From NCBI RefSeq assembly GCF_001194135.2, contig NC_068981.1, positions 119,425,033 to 119,471,625 on the forward strand: 46,593 nucleotides of DNA. The letters are read 5' to 3'. The first letter of the stretch is position 1, and the number at the start of each line of letters is the position of its first letter. This DNA is from Octopus bimaculoides (lineage: Eukaryota). The notes beneath the pieces are model-generated. The model made no database searches and had not been told where the DNA came from. It was given only the letters and a program-made list of their open reading frames with translations. A program made the position numbers and the translations under genes. Positions 1 to 11,687 of the stretch are shown here, piece by piece.

Positions 1-45
1 ATATATATATATATATATATATATATACGGATATATATATATATT
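1..45. repeat. (AT)n microsatellite
   Basis: Directly visible. Confidence 0.95.
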
Positions 46-335
46 ATAGCCTCAGGCCGACCAAAGCCTTGCGAGTGGATTTCGTACATGGAAACTGAAA
101 GAAGACTATTGTATATATGTGTATATTTGTGTGTGCATGTGTGTGTCTGTGTTTCTACCCCAACCATTGCTTGACAACCAATGTTGCTGTGTTTAGTTTC
201 CCACAGTTCAGCAAAAGACACTGATAGAATAAGTACTAGGCTTAGAAAAATAAATCCTTTGGTCGAATTTTTCAGCCTAAGGTAGTGTTGCAGCATGGCT
301 GAGGTCACCTGACTGAAACAAGTAAAACAATAAAA
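44..335 (+). mobile_element. 5'-truncated tRNA-derived SINE with internal (TA/TG)n (family A)
   Basis: Shares blocks (gcc..ggccgaccaaagcc..gtggattt..ggaaactgaaagaag; gatagaataagtac.aggctt) with copies at 3215-3530 and 11688-11870. Confidence 0.65.
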
Positions 336-546
336 AAAACTTTGCAATTTTAATCCCACGCAGGGCCGGGTATCTCTGATGCTATATATATATATATATA
401 TTTATGTGGAGAATGGAGCAACAAATACAAGAAGAAGCAATTCTGTTGGGCTAGTTAGCTGTTGTTTTATTGTGTGGAGGTTATGTAATGAGTCATTGTA
501 GAGGTTGAGGTTATGTAGTGAGTCATTGTGAATGTTATGTAATAGT

Positions 547-598
547 CATTTACGTACGTTTCAATCTAGCCAATGGTTTGGCAGATCTCATCAGAATG
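547..598 (-). ncRNA. Type I hammerhead ribozyme at the PLE 3' end
   Basis: Minus strand reads CATT-CTGATGA-GATCTGCCAAACCATTGGCTAGATT-GAAA-CGTACGT-A|AATG. Both core boxes are present. Stem II pairs GATCT/AGATT plus GCCAA/TTGGC, stem III is the palindrome ACGTACGT, the cleavage triplet is GUA, and stem I is CATT/AATG. Confidence 0.7.
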
Positions 599-1688
599 TT
601 GAGGAGTATGTTAAGAGTTCGTGGTGCGAGGGATGTATGAGAAGTGATTGGTGGGTATATTAATGTATATGGTGGTGTAATAATAGCGATAGGTAGAGAN
701 NNNNNNNNNNNNNNNNNNNNNNNNNNNNNNNNNNNNNNNNNNNNNNNNNNNNNNNNNNNNNNNNNNNNNNNNNNNNNNNNNNNNNNNNNNNNNNNNNNNN
801 NNNNNNNNNNNNNNNNNNNNNNNNNNNNNNNNNNNNNNNNNNNNNNNNNNNNNNNNNNNNNNNNNNNNNNNNNNNNNNNNNNNNNNNNNNNNNNNNNNNN
901 NNNNNNNNNNNNNNNNNNNNNNNNNNNNNNNNNNNNNNNNNNNNNNNNNNNNNNNNNNNNNNNNNNNNNNNNNNNNNNNNNNNNNNNNNNNNNNNNNNNN
1001 NNNNNNNNNNNNNNNNNNNNNNNNNNNNNNNNNNNNNNNNNNNNNNNNNNNNNNNNNNNNNNNNNNNNNNNNNNNNNNNNNNNNNNNNNNNNNNNNNNNN
1101 NNNNNNNNNNNNNNNNNNNNNNNNNNNNNNNNNNNNNNNNNNNNNNNNNNNNNNNNNNNNNNNNNNNNNNNNNNNNNNNNNNNNNNNNNNNNNNNNNNNN
1201 NNNNNNNNNNNNNNNNNNNNNNNNNNNNNNNNNNNNNNNNNNNNNNNNNNNNNNNNNNNNNNNNNNNNNNNNNNNNNNNNNNNNNNNNNNNNNNNNNNNN
1301 NNNNNNNNNNNNNNNNNNNNNNNNNNNNNNNNNNNNNNNNGCATCTATTGGAGAAATTACATTTATTCCTGTCTCTACAGCCACATAGGTTGTAAGGGGT
1401 GTCTATGTCTGTGTGTTGTTGTGTGGTCCTATTGTTTTTTTGGTGTGCGTCCCTCCTAGTAAGGGGTGTTGGATTAGGGTTAGAGTTAGTTCTATTATTT
1501 GGGGGGTTGTTGATTTGGTTGTTCGTGGTGTTTCTAGCTGTATAGAATGCGTCTAATTTCTTATTAATAGATGCTATTATGGTAGCTAAGTTACATGTCA
1601 GGCTGTGGCCTATTCTTATTTTGTTCTTAAATATTTCTGCGTATTTATTGTTCACATTGAGGTGTTTATCAATTATGTTCTTATATAT
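547..1688 (-). mobile_element. Penelope-like element remnant (RT thumb/linker upstream of GIY-YIG, then a gap, then a 3' pLTR-like end with hammerhead)
   Basis: The minus frame reads IIDKHLNVNNKYAEIFKNKIRIGHSLTCNLATIIASINKKL...CGCRDRNKCNFSNRC. This resembles the PLE pattern (kilDKHF..HK..IFN.NTVK.SYSC..N...II.S.NKK...CNCR.K..C...GKC) that precedes GIY-YIG; the pattern is recalled, not searched. The GIY-YIG itself would fall in the N gap at 700-1340. A hammerhead core sits at the 3' end. Confidence 0.7.
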
Positions 1689-1692
1689 ATAT

Positions 1693-1693
1693 A

Positions 1694-1726
<33 letters not shown>

Positions 1727-1756
1727 CAGAGAGAGACAGAGACAGAGAAAGAGAGA
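1693..1756. repeat. (GA)n/(GACAGA)n microsatellite
   Basis: Directly visible. Confidence 0.95.
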
Positions 1757-2186
1757 GTTCAATGTTTACATAGTTAAGAATTCAAATCTTGCTATTATAG
1801 GTGCAATATTGTTAATGTCATGTAGCTTTAGTCAACTCTTTTGAAGCAGATCCAATTGTGGACATTAGCCTATGACACACTCAGCTATAATCTGTAGTAT
1901 TTGTACATATCAGATGTCACACTACAGCCTGTGCAGTACAAAGTCTAACAGTAAATCAACAGTACATGTCAAACAATTTTCATAAAATTGAAAGTTTTGG
2001 TGGAAGCCAAATCAAAGATAAATAAAGCTTCACTAGACATGGATAGCAACCAAACAGATAATTCAGATTGAGTGTGGCAATCACTGCTGAGCTATTTTTG
2101 TATGGACATGTTTATGTTTCACTGAACTAGCATTAAAAAGAATTAGTCTTAAGATGAAAGCATTGCCCTTAACTCTTGGGCAATAA

Positions 2187-2402
2187 CTCTTTAGCATTTA
2201 AACTGGCAATATCTGGTGCAAATATTCTAACTTCTGTTCACCCTAACTAGATCTGGCTCCCCACACTTACCCTCCGATGTCATTCTAAATATCTACAATC
2301 ACATCATTGAAATCTTGAAGCTACAAGATAATGAAGGATTAATTCAAAACAATGTGAATAAATAAGCATTACATATGACAAAATAATCTGAATACTAAAG
2401 GG
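2187..2402. mobile_element. piggyBac-like MITE (216 bp)
   Basis: Terminal inverted repeats CTCTTTAGCATT / AATACTAAAGGG, flanked by ATAA and TTAA (TTAA-type TSD, one side mutated). Confidence 0.7.
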
Positions 2403-2429
2403 TTAATAACACTGTACTCAGCTTTAATT

Positions 2430-3020
2430 CCTGAGGGTTATGTTCATTGGAAATTGAAAGCAGAGTGTAAGATTGAGTAGGTTTGATTCATGAGGTGGAA
2501 AGACTGGTATGAGTTTAAAGGACACATTAGGGATGACAACAGGAATGGTAGATACATAGTTTTGGATGAAGCTGGTAGAGTTGGCAAGTTCAGAGTAGCA
2601 TACTATGTTGTTATGGGAGTGCAAATTAGCAGATGAACACAACATATCAGCATGAGAAGTCTTACTTATTAGGCAGATGGAGGTCTGGGGATGTGGTCCA
2701 GAATGTTTGAGTATAGTAGGTGCACCATAATAAATATTTGAGTAATACTCTTTGTAACTGTTTGGATCTGTAGAGATGAGATGAGCTTGAAGGAAAGGGC
2801 TGTGACATCAATGGTCAAGGGGCCTGACCAGAACAGGAAGCAGGAGAGAGGAAGTGAGGGAAGGAAGACCAGGGTCATCCTCTTTTGCCTAAGCTGCTTG
2901 CAGTGAACAGACATGAGGCGAACGAGCTGAGAGGGATTGGTATTAGCAGCTGCTACTTGCTGGGTGCAAGTTTTGGATTGAGTACAGCTGGATGGCAGAC
3001 AATGAGAAGGTAGGCAAACC
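2430..3020 (-). mobile_element. Highly degenerate LINE RT-like fragment (clade uncertain)
   Basis: More GC-rich than its flanks; HADML...LHS resembles a decayed YADD..LHS motif; multiple stops. Confidence 0.3.
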
Positions 3021-3214
3021 ATTTCTTATTTCCCCGTATTACAGTTCCCTCATACAACAGGATCTAAACATTTTTCTAGCCCATTCAAGAAATATAGCCT
3101 ATGGGCTATAGTTCTGCCTATAGATATGTGATTGCCTTACAACAAGTATTCTTGATATGTCTAAGTGTTTATGATTGCTTCAAAATGATATTGTAGTGGC
3201 AACTATGAACTATG

Positions 3215-3530
3215 TGCCTAATTATGTAGTAAAGTAGTTTGCTTAACAGTCACATTTGGGTTCAATACCATTGTGTGGCACCATGGTCCTGGGTGGCACC
3301 TTGGGTAAGTGTCTTTGGTAGATGGAAATTGATAGAAGCCCGGTCGTATATATGTGTGTGTGAGTGTTTGCATATATGTTTGTCTCCCAGCTGACTGACA
3401 ACCAGTGATGGTTTGTGTCTATCCCTGTAACTTAGCAGTTTGGCAAATGAGACTGTTAGAATAAGTGCCAGGCTTTAAAAAAGAAGTACTGAGGTTGAAT
3501 CATTAGACTAAAAACCCTTCAAGGCATCCA
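3215..3530 (+). mobile_element. tRNA-derived SINE, family A
   Basis: Degenerate A/B boxes (gggttcaatacc), ccttgggtaagtgtctt, internal (TA/TG)n, gaataagtgccaggcttt tail. Confidence 0.65.
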
Positions 3531-4734
3531 ATGATTATTTGCTATTAGCAATGGAAACAGCCTTTGTAATGAATATTACATATAGTTTCCAATTAAGCCA
3601 TTATGGTTTGCCTTTTGCTAAGACACAATAGTTTGTCTCAGACTATTAACAGGAAATAGATGCCAAAATCATGTCATAGTCAAATGATTAGTGATTGGAA
3701 AAGCATTCAGCTGGGGAAATTTAATGCAAGTATTTAAATTACAAACACTAAAATAATAAGAAAATTCATCAATGTTTAAGAAAAATGAAAAACTTTTGAT
3801 GCACCCATCATTTCAAATTAAAACAATGTGTATTTGTGAGTACTGGTTATTCAGTATTAGATGTTTTAGTGCCATAAAAATTGCTTTTACTCAACATAAC
3901 AACTATCTTCCTGGGAATCATTAATGATAAGTGTCAAATGAAAAACTGAATAAAGCTATATTTTGGATAAATTAGCATAGCAATTTTTTTCTGTTAATAA
4001 AACTTTCGCTGTTTCTTCATCATAAAAAGAGAGATAACTTCATTTGAACTCTTTCTGCTTATTTTCTTCTTCACTTTTTCTCTCATTATGTGGTGTCTAT
4101 TTTTGTTAATGTCTATGTAGAGATGGTTCCTTGTATGTCAATCAAATTCATTTTCAATTCCGTTTAATGTTTCTCTCTCACACTTAAGCAACCTCTCTTT
4201 CTGTACATGTGTGTTTTCCTAATCCTTCCAAGACATTGATCTCCTGGATCTCCTTTGTATTTTTCTTTCAGGTATTTACTAGCAGCTGTTCAAATTGAAC
4301 ACCAGCCATATCCACTTGGCCAGTGTTGAAGAGAATGCACAAATCATGTGAGCAGTCCGTTCTTCCCAACGTAAATCATTGTGGGGGGGGGGGGGAACTA
4401 GTTCCATCACATTTGTTGTTTCCCTATTGGCCAAACCAGTTGTCACTGTATAATATATATATTATGAAGTGGAAAACACAGACAACAGATGGCTATTGAT
4501 TTTTACGTGCTTGTAAATATTACATGTACGAGAGGTGGGGGTTATATGGTTCTGGTGTCCAGTCCCTGCACGTGTAAGGGAAGTGTGTAAAGTGTGTCAG
4601 TAACTAGCTGATTATGCCTGCCATAATAATTTACATGCTTTACATTGATAATTATGAATTTGGAAATATCTGAATGCAGAATAATAAAATACCAAGTAAA
4701 TTTTAAGTTATATCATATCGATTGTCTATGTACA

Positions 4735-5022
4735 GGCGCATGGCTCAGTGGTTAATTCCCAGACCGGGCTGTGTGTTGTGTTCTTGAGCAAGACACTTTA
4801 TTTCATGTTGCTCCAGTTCACTCAGCTGTAGAAATGAGTTGCAACATCACTGGTGCCAAGCTGTATCAGGTTTGCCTTTGCCTTGGATAACATTGGTGGC
4901 ATGGAGAGGAGAGGCTGGTATGTACGGGTGACTGCTGGACTTCCGTAACAACTTTGCCCGGACTTGTGCCTCAGAGGTAACTTTCATGGTCATTCATGAC
5001 TGAAAAGGAGTCTTTACCCTTT
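4735..5022 (+). mobile_element. tRNA-derived SINE (family B, head partly deleted)
   Basis: GGCGCATGGCTCAGTGGTTA A-box head followed by ttcttgagcaagacactttatttc..ttgctccagttcactcagctgtag body. Confidence 0.65.
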
Positions 5023-5814
5023 TAGTATAGGGATGATGGATATGGTTGAATTTTATTATCAGCCACACCTGCAGCTTGTTTTGGAATTTGTAGAACCATT
5101 ACTTAAGGTAGTAAAGAATTGTTTAATGGAATCCTGAGGCAACTGCATTTGGTAGAATATGTTATTGGATCATTACATAGCTGAAGAGTTTGGTGGAAAA
5201 TTATCTTAAGCTTCATTGTGATAGAATTTCTGCAACCTTATGGCAAATATTGGCAACTCTCCTTGTGTCTTTCACAAAGATGTAGCAAGGGGATATAAGG
5301 CAAGACAGCTTTCCTCCTGCTCTCCTCTGGGCTCAGGTGCGAAAGGGTGCAAAATTTTCTGGCCTATTATGATTGTTAAGGTGTTAGTGGGTGTCAAAAG
5401 TGTTTCTGCCTTCAGCTACTAAGAATTGTTGCTATACTACTGGTTTTCTTTGTTTTAAAGGTTTCAAGTTGTTTTCTATTTACAAAAATGAAAACTTTTG
5501 TAATTGACTATAGACAAATGGTTCAGGAAAGATTTGGGCATTATTATGCATGGAAACCCTATGCTCTTTAGGTGTCTGGATATCTCTTTCTACTTCAAGT
5601 CTCAGTCTTGAAAATAACCAAAGAAGTAAAAAAGCTCAACACTGGCATTAGTTTGGCTGTAAGAGCTTCTGGAAGCAGGCCAAGTACTTATCTGGTTGAA
5701 TTAAAGTCTACATTTCTGAGCTTTGTTATATTTGATTCCCTTAATCTTTTGTATTTTACAAAATACAAGCAGAGAGAGATTGTTTAACTATATTTGGGCA
5801 TATTTCTATAGGAA

Positions 5815-5991
5815 GTGTGTGTGTGTGTGTGTGTGAGAGAGAAAGAGGAGGGAGAGAGTAGAGTGGGGGGAGAGGGAGAGAGTAGAGTGGGGGGAGAGGG
5901 AGAGAGTAGNNNNNNNNNNNNNNNNNNNNNNNNNNNNNNNNNNNNNNNNNNNNNNNNNNNNNNNNNNNNNNNNNNNNNNNNNNNNNNNNNN

Positions 5992-6039
<48 letters not shown>
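5815..6039. repeat. (GT)n tracts flanking a 24-bp GA-rich minisatellite and a gap
   Basis: Unit agagggagagagtagagtgggggg repeated about 2.5 times before the N run. Confidence 0.9.
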
Positions 6040-6040
<1 letters not shown>

Positions 6041-6858
6041 CAGTACAACTTTGGCACCTTATAAAACACTCAGTATTTTTATCTTATTGGCAATCTATGC
6101 CATCTTGAGGTACTTACATAGAGTGAATCATCAAAGGAGTCCCTACACAATTACTTGACTGAACAGAGGCTTCCTCACTGACTTAACTATATGTCCCTCA
6201 TATCACACCCCATTGTTTTTTAGATATGTTCCAAGAAAACCCTAAAAGTAGAAGATGGTCACAACTGGAATGCCTTTGATCAGAGTTCTGCTTGATCGGG
6301 GTTGTCCTAGAGTGAAACAATAACAACCAACATATGGCTAGGGCAACTTAACTGCAGAGAGGTAACTGTCTTGGCCAAAAGCAATACAATGTCTACAATT
6401 AGTTGACCAATCAAGTCAGTCATTCATGTTTTTAATTAATAATTCCAATAATGACTTCATAACTAGACATGGAGCCCAAGACTTTTCAGAGATTGATTCT
6501 AGAATTGTGTAATCCACCATGCACTTTAAAGAGCAGAAGTGATGTAAGTGAAGCAGAACCAAAAGAGAACCAATAACCAGGCCACAGCTTTGGTTCATCA
6601 ACAATCTACTGCTACACTACCATAACTGAGTTTTAATAATAATAATAATAATAATAATAATTTCAAACAACAACAGGGCAATTATAATGACATTTTATTA
6701 CATCATAATGCACAACTGGTACCTAAATTACTAAAACAACAAAAAGTTGAACACAAAGTAGAGGGAAGGAACTAAATGTTTTAAGCAATTAGTCTATAAG
6801 TCATTATTTCTGTCAATTTACTACTCACAATATTATAAAAATAAGTATAATTATTATT

Positions 6859-8125
6859 AAGGTGGCAAGCAGGCAGAATCGTTAGCACACCAAGTGAAAT
6901 ACTCAGCAGTATTTTGTGTCGCTATTTCCGAGTTCAAATTCCACTGAGGTCAACTTTGCCTTTCATCCTTTCAGGGTCGATGAAATAAATACCAGTCAAG
7001 TCCTGGGGTTGATGTAATCGATTAGTCCCCTCCTCCCAAATTTCAGGCCTTGTGACTATAGCAGAAAAGATTAATAATCTCAAGGTGGTGAGCTGGCAGA
7101 ATTTTTAGCACATAGGGTAAAATGCTTAGTGGCATTTCATCCATTTTTACATTCTGAATTCAAATTCCGCTGTAGTTGACTTAGCCTTTCCTCTTTTCAG
7201 GATCAATAAAATAAGTACCAGTTGAATACTGGGGTCAATGTAATCAATTTATCACCCCACTGAACTTGCTAACCTTGTGCCAAAATTTGAAATTATTATT
7301 ATTATTATTAAAGGTAGGAAGCTGGCAGAATTATTACCATGCCAGGTAAAATGCTTAGCAGTATTTTGTCTATCTTTATGTTCTGAGTTCAAATGTTGCG
7401 AAGGTCAACTTTGCTTTTCATTCTTTCGGGGTCAATAAAATAAGCACCAGTTGAGTACTGGGATTGATGCAATTGGCTTACCCACCACCCTGAAATTACT
7501 GGCCTTGTGCCAAAATTCAAAACCATTATTATTATTATTATTATTATTATTAACAGACTGGCTGAATCATTAAAGCATTGGAGAAACAGCTTTGTAGTAT
7601 TTGCTACCTCTCTCTATCGTCTGAGTTCAAATCTACCATAGGTCAACTTAGCTTTCATTATTCCAGGGTTAGTGAAATAAAGTACCAGTCAAGTGTTGGA
7701 GTTGATTTAATTGACCATCTCTTATCTCTAATTCTCTGGTCTTATTATCAACATCTCGCCAGGCAAAATGCTTACACTATTTCGTTCGTCTGCATGCTCT
7801 GAGTTCAAATTCCACAGAGGTCGATTTTGCTTTTCATCCTTTCAAGATCAATAAAATAAGTACCAGTCGAGAACTAGGGTCAATGTAACCAACTTAGCCC
7901 CTTCCCCAAAACTGCTGGCCTTGTGCCAAAATTTGAAACCATTATTATTATTATTATTATTATTATCATTGTGGTGAGCTGGCAGAATTGTTAGCACACT
8001 GGACAAAATGCTTTATGTTCTGATTTCAAATACTGCCAAAGTTGACTGCCTTTCATCTTTTCAGGGTTGATAAAAAGAGTAGTCCTTTTCACCCAAAATT
8101 TCAGGCCTTACGCCTATAAGAGAAA
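6859..8125 (+). mobile_element. Head-to-tail array of six tRNA-derived SINE copies (family C, MetaSINE-like central domain), mostly joined by (ATT)n tails
   Basis: Copies start near 6859, 7082, 7311, 7552, 7757 and 7971. Each has TGGCAGAAT.GTTAG (A box), GAGTTCAAAT.CC (B box) and gcctttcatcctttc.gggtc.ataaaataagtaccag. Resemblance to the Meta domain is recalled, not verified. Confidence 0.85.
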
Positions 8126-8869
8126 AGTTATTATAATTATCATTGTTGTTATCACTAACTCAATTATGCTATCTCCTCTATCATTTCAACACTGGCCACT
8201 ACTACGCAGCTCATGTTATGTCACTCTTCCTCTTTATTATCTTCAGTCATACCCAATCCTTCCTTCTCTACAGCTTTGTGGAATCCTCTCTCAGCCCATG
8301 ATTTTCTACGGTTGTTCAAGAACATTAACTGTCTGCCTCACCTACCTATGGCGGGACCATAGGCACCACCTCCTCCGCCAGATCAAACTATTAAAAAAGT
8401 TACAGAAAAGCAAGTGGGAATAGAAGTGAGAACACTCTTGTGCTTACACAACTGAGTACTATGGTTGTTACACATAAATTCAAAAAGATTCACTTCACTC
8501 ATATACATGTTTTAACCACAAGCTCACAAATGCACTGTTTCAACAACCAGGACTTTAGATGCAATAGATGCACAGAAGTTACCAATAAGTACACAATGAA
8601 ATGAAAAATCCATGGACTGCTCAGGTGTGCATTAGAGCAAGTAGGTAGTTTCTGTTACCCTGTGGTCATAGTTAGTGTTGGATGTAATCATACTTTGTAG
8701 TTACAGTAGGAAACGGGTGGAAGAATTTTAAAAAACTGCCATCTCTATTGGCATTGCAGTTTCTGTCTGTGCAAAAGATGAATGCCTGGAGCATGTGCAA
8801 AAAGTATAACATATCCTAACAGCGTAATTAATTTAATTTAGTGTCCTGCTGTTTCTATCATTATTATCA

Positions 8870-10040
8870 ATGATACACTGGAAGCTATGCCAACACTACG
8901 GAATGATAACAGAAAAAAGATGGTATAGGCGCACTCCAGAAAAGGTCTCAAAAAATGACAAAGCAACCGTACTCTGGAATATGCCAATGCATACAGATAG
9001 AGAAATCAAGGATAATAACCAGTTATAGTTGTCAGAGATCATCAAGGAAAAATTGCCTTCTAATCGATGTATCAATACCAACAGATGACAATGTATCTCT
9101 AAAAGAAACAGAGAAACTCTCAAAATACAAAGATCTGGAAATAGAGGTAACCCGAATATGGAGCCTAAAAACAGAAACAATCCCTATCATAATAGGTGCA
9201 TTAGGTATGATTAAAAAACATTCAGACAAATACATAACCAAAACAGGACTTATGAATGTACATAACATACAGAGAATACATTTCTATATTTAAGAGATGA
9301 GGAATTATGCACATTATTTACATTTGATGGCTATTTGTCCTCATCTTATTTTGGCTGATATACTCTCCAGCTTTCATCAGGTGTCTTGGGGAAATTTCGA
9401 ACCTGGGTTCTCATTCCTAAGGTATTTATCGATGTTATTATTATCATTATTATTATTGTTATTATTCAGGTCACTGCCTGGAATCAAACTTGGAATCTTG
9501 GGGTTAGTACCCCACACTCTTAACCACTACGCCATATGCCTGGGCATATGGTGTAGTGGTTAAGAGTGTGGGCTACTAACCCCAAGATTCTGAATTTGAT
9601 TCCAGGCAGGCATATGGTGTAGTGGTTAAGAGCGTGGGGTACTAACCCCAAGATTCCGAGTTCGATTCCAGGCAGTGACCTGAATAATAACAATAACATC
9701 AAAAAATACCCTAGGAATGAGAACCCAGGTTCAAAATTTCCCCAAGACACATGATNNNNNNNNNNATGAGAACCCAGGTTCAAAATTTCCCCAAGACACA
9801 TGATGAAGGCTGGAGAGTATATCAGCCGAAATGTGTTAACAACAAACAAGATGAGGACAAATATCCGTCAAATGTAAATAATATACAGAAAATAGCACTA
9901 CCTAGGCACTGCACACATCCTACATAAACACTTTCAATACAGTGAAAATATGAGCACCACAGCACATACCCAAGAGCAGTGATCAGTAGTGCAATGAAAG
10001 CACGTGATAAAAATAAGACTACTGAATAATAATAATAACA
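8870..10040 (+). mobile_element. R4/Dong-like non-LTR retrotransposon 3' fragment (restriction-like endonuclease), split by a SINE dimer insertion
   Basis: Translates to IHWKLCQHYG...WYRRTPEKV...CLLIDVSIPTDDNVSLKETEKLSKYKDLEIEVTRIWSLKTETIPIIIGALG...HNIQ. It resumes after the insertion as IQKIAL.GTAHIL...SIQ* (frameshifted), followed by a 3' UTR and an (AAT)n tail. Confidence 0.8.
9279..9882. mobile_element. Head-to-head inverted dimer of a tRNA-headed, hammerhead-tailed SINE (family D), copy 1
   Basis: The left arm is the reverse complement of the right arm, and the tRNA head is duplicated in the right arm. TSD ATACAGAGAATA (9267-9278) / ATACAGAAAATA (9883-9894). Confidence 0.85.
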
Positions 10041-10042
10041 AT

Positions 10043-10595
10043 AAATACCCTGATACAGTACCAGGCAGTAGTTCTCATGGCTCCTGATCTTAAATGGTTG
10101 GAAGTCTTATCATGTACATGTTTTGTCTCAGTATAAAAGATGAACTACAGTAAATATTCTGCTCAATACCACAGAGTTGTTTGACCTTAACCAGTTGAGC
10201 ATGTCCTGTAGTGGCTGACATTATGTACATCTCTGATCATGACCAGGAGTAGTGAGGGAGCATCATAGGCATGTGTTGAGATGAATTCTTTGGGAAACAA
10301 AGGTGTTTCATTCATCATCCTTAAACAAACATTATTCAGGGACCTTTTGAGTGGGATGGGCTATTCAACCTGAAGAAAATTCTAACTGGGCCCCACCTGC
10401 AAGGTCATGTGCTGTTTCCCTTGATACGAGATCACCATGTCATGCTCATATGGTTGTGATGCATGTGCCTGGTGTATCCTTATTAGATGGGTGTATCCAT
10501 GAGGATACACCCAGTCATGATGGGTGTACTGGGCTTCATATGTTTGTACCCCAGTGTCACTTTGATGGCATGCATTGCTCTCTCACTGAATAATA
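10043..10595 (+). repeat. Unclassified interspersed repeat ending in (AAT)n
   Basis: GC-richer block between two (AAT)n tracts with no ORF; likely a retroposon 3' region. Confidence 0.4.
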
Positions 10596-10596
10596 A

Positions 10597-11012
10597 TAAT
10601 GGTTTCAAATTTTGGTAAGGGTCAACAGTTTTTGAAGGAAGGAGGGAAGTCAATTACATCAACCCCCAGTACTTGACTGGTATTTATTTTATTGACCCCA
10701 AAAGCATGAAACGCAAAGTCGTCCTCAGTGGAATTTGAACTCAGAACTTAAAGATGGATGGAATGCTAAGCACTTTGCCCAGCGTGCTAATGATTCTGCT
10801 AGCGTGCCAGCCTAATAGCAACAACAATAAGTTTCAAATTTTGGCACAAGGCCAGCAATACTGGGAGGGGCTAAGTCAATCTAATCGACCCCAGTATTCA
10901 ACTGGTACTTATTTTATCAACCCTAGCAGTATTTAAACTTACAATGTTAAGTCAGGAGAAAAGCTAAGCATTTTGCCTGGCATGGTAATGATTCTGTTAG
11001 CTTGCCACCTTA
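10597..11012 (-). mobile_element. Two tandem family C SINE copies
   Basis: Reverse complement of the 6859-8125 units; the second copy has an internal deletion. Confidence 0.8.
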
Positions 11013-11060
11013 ATAATAATAAGAAGAAGAAGAAGAAGAACAACAACAAAATTCACTTAC

Positions 11061-11176
11061 TGGAAGAAATATTGCCCTGTTTCTAATGTCTGTCTAGTTG
11101 TTGGTGATGAATTACCACATATTTTCTTAAACAATTGTTTGGCTTGATTTTGGTATTCCAAAAGACTTCTCCCAGA
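11061..11176 (-). CDS. SEC22B: Vesicle-trafficking R-SNARE SEC22B, coding exon 2 (116 nt)
   Basis: ttttttttttctcattttag acceptor; SGRSLLEYQNQAKQLFKKICGNSSPTTRQTLETGQYFF(H); GTAAGT donor. Aligns with [37 protein letters not shown], and the phase matches exon 1. Confidence 0.95.
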
Positions 11177-11687
11177 CTAAAATGAGAAAAAAAAAAGGTT
11201 ATACATGTAAGAGAATACACTTACATAATAGATCAATACAAATATAAGAGGTGCATGTGTGTGTTAGTGGGAAATCAGAAGCAGATTGGTAATATACTGA
11301 CTATAAAAATTAAAATATAATTTACGATAAAAGCTCACAGGGGAAATAACAAAGCACTGGCACATCTGGTTGATGAGATAACTTTGAAACAGTCAACTCT
11401 TACTCTTAACTTTCAAAAATACTCTCTCTACATATATCTGTGTTGTTTTGTTCAACCTTACATTCATTTTTTTAATACCTGGAATGGATTAGATGGCTGT
11501 ATTATTGAGGCATTATTTTACAGCCAGGTACCCTTCCTGACCCTAACATTTACTTGATTTTCAAGTGAGGGATCTCTTGTTCTACATATGTTTAAAAGTG
11601 CAAAGCCAGCAGATAATGTGTTGACAGAAGAAATGACAACATCACCACTTGTAGCTCAATGATTTTTCTTGGAGAAACGCAGATATC

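Noticed and set aside
4272-4350. Plus-strand exon-like segment with a strong acceptor
   Set aside because: Stops in all three frames; probably part of a repeat.
6859-8125. Regularly spaced repeats resembling a CRISPR array
   Set aside because: Units are about 200-bp SINEs in eukaryotic DNA, with no repeat-spacer structure and no cas genes.
9543-9686. tRNA-like sequences with A/B boxes and a CTACTAA loop (tRNA-Ser-GCT-like)
   Set aside because: No proper acceptor stem; they are heads of SINE family D, not tRNA genes.
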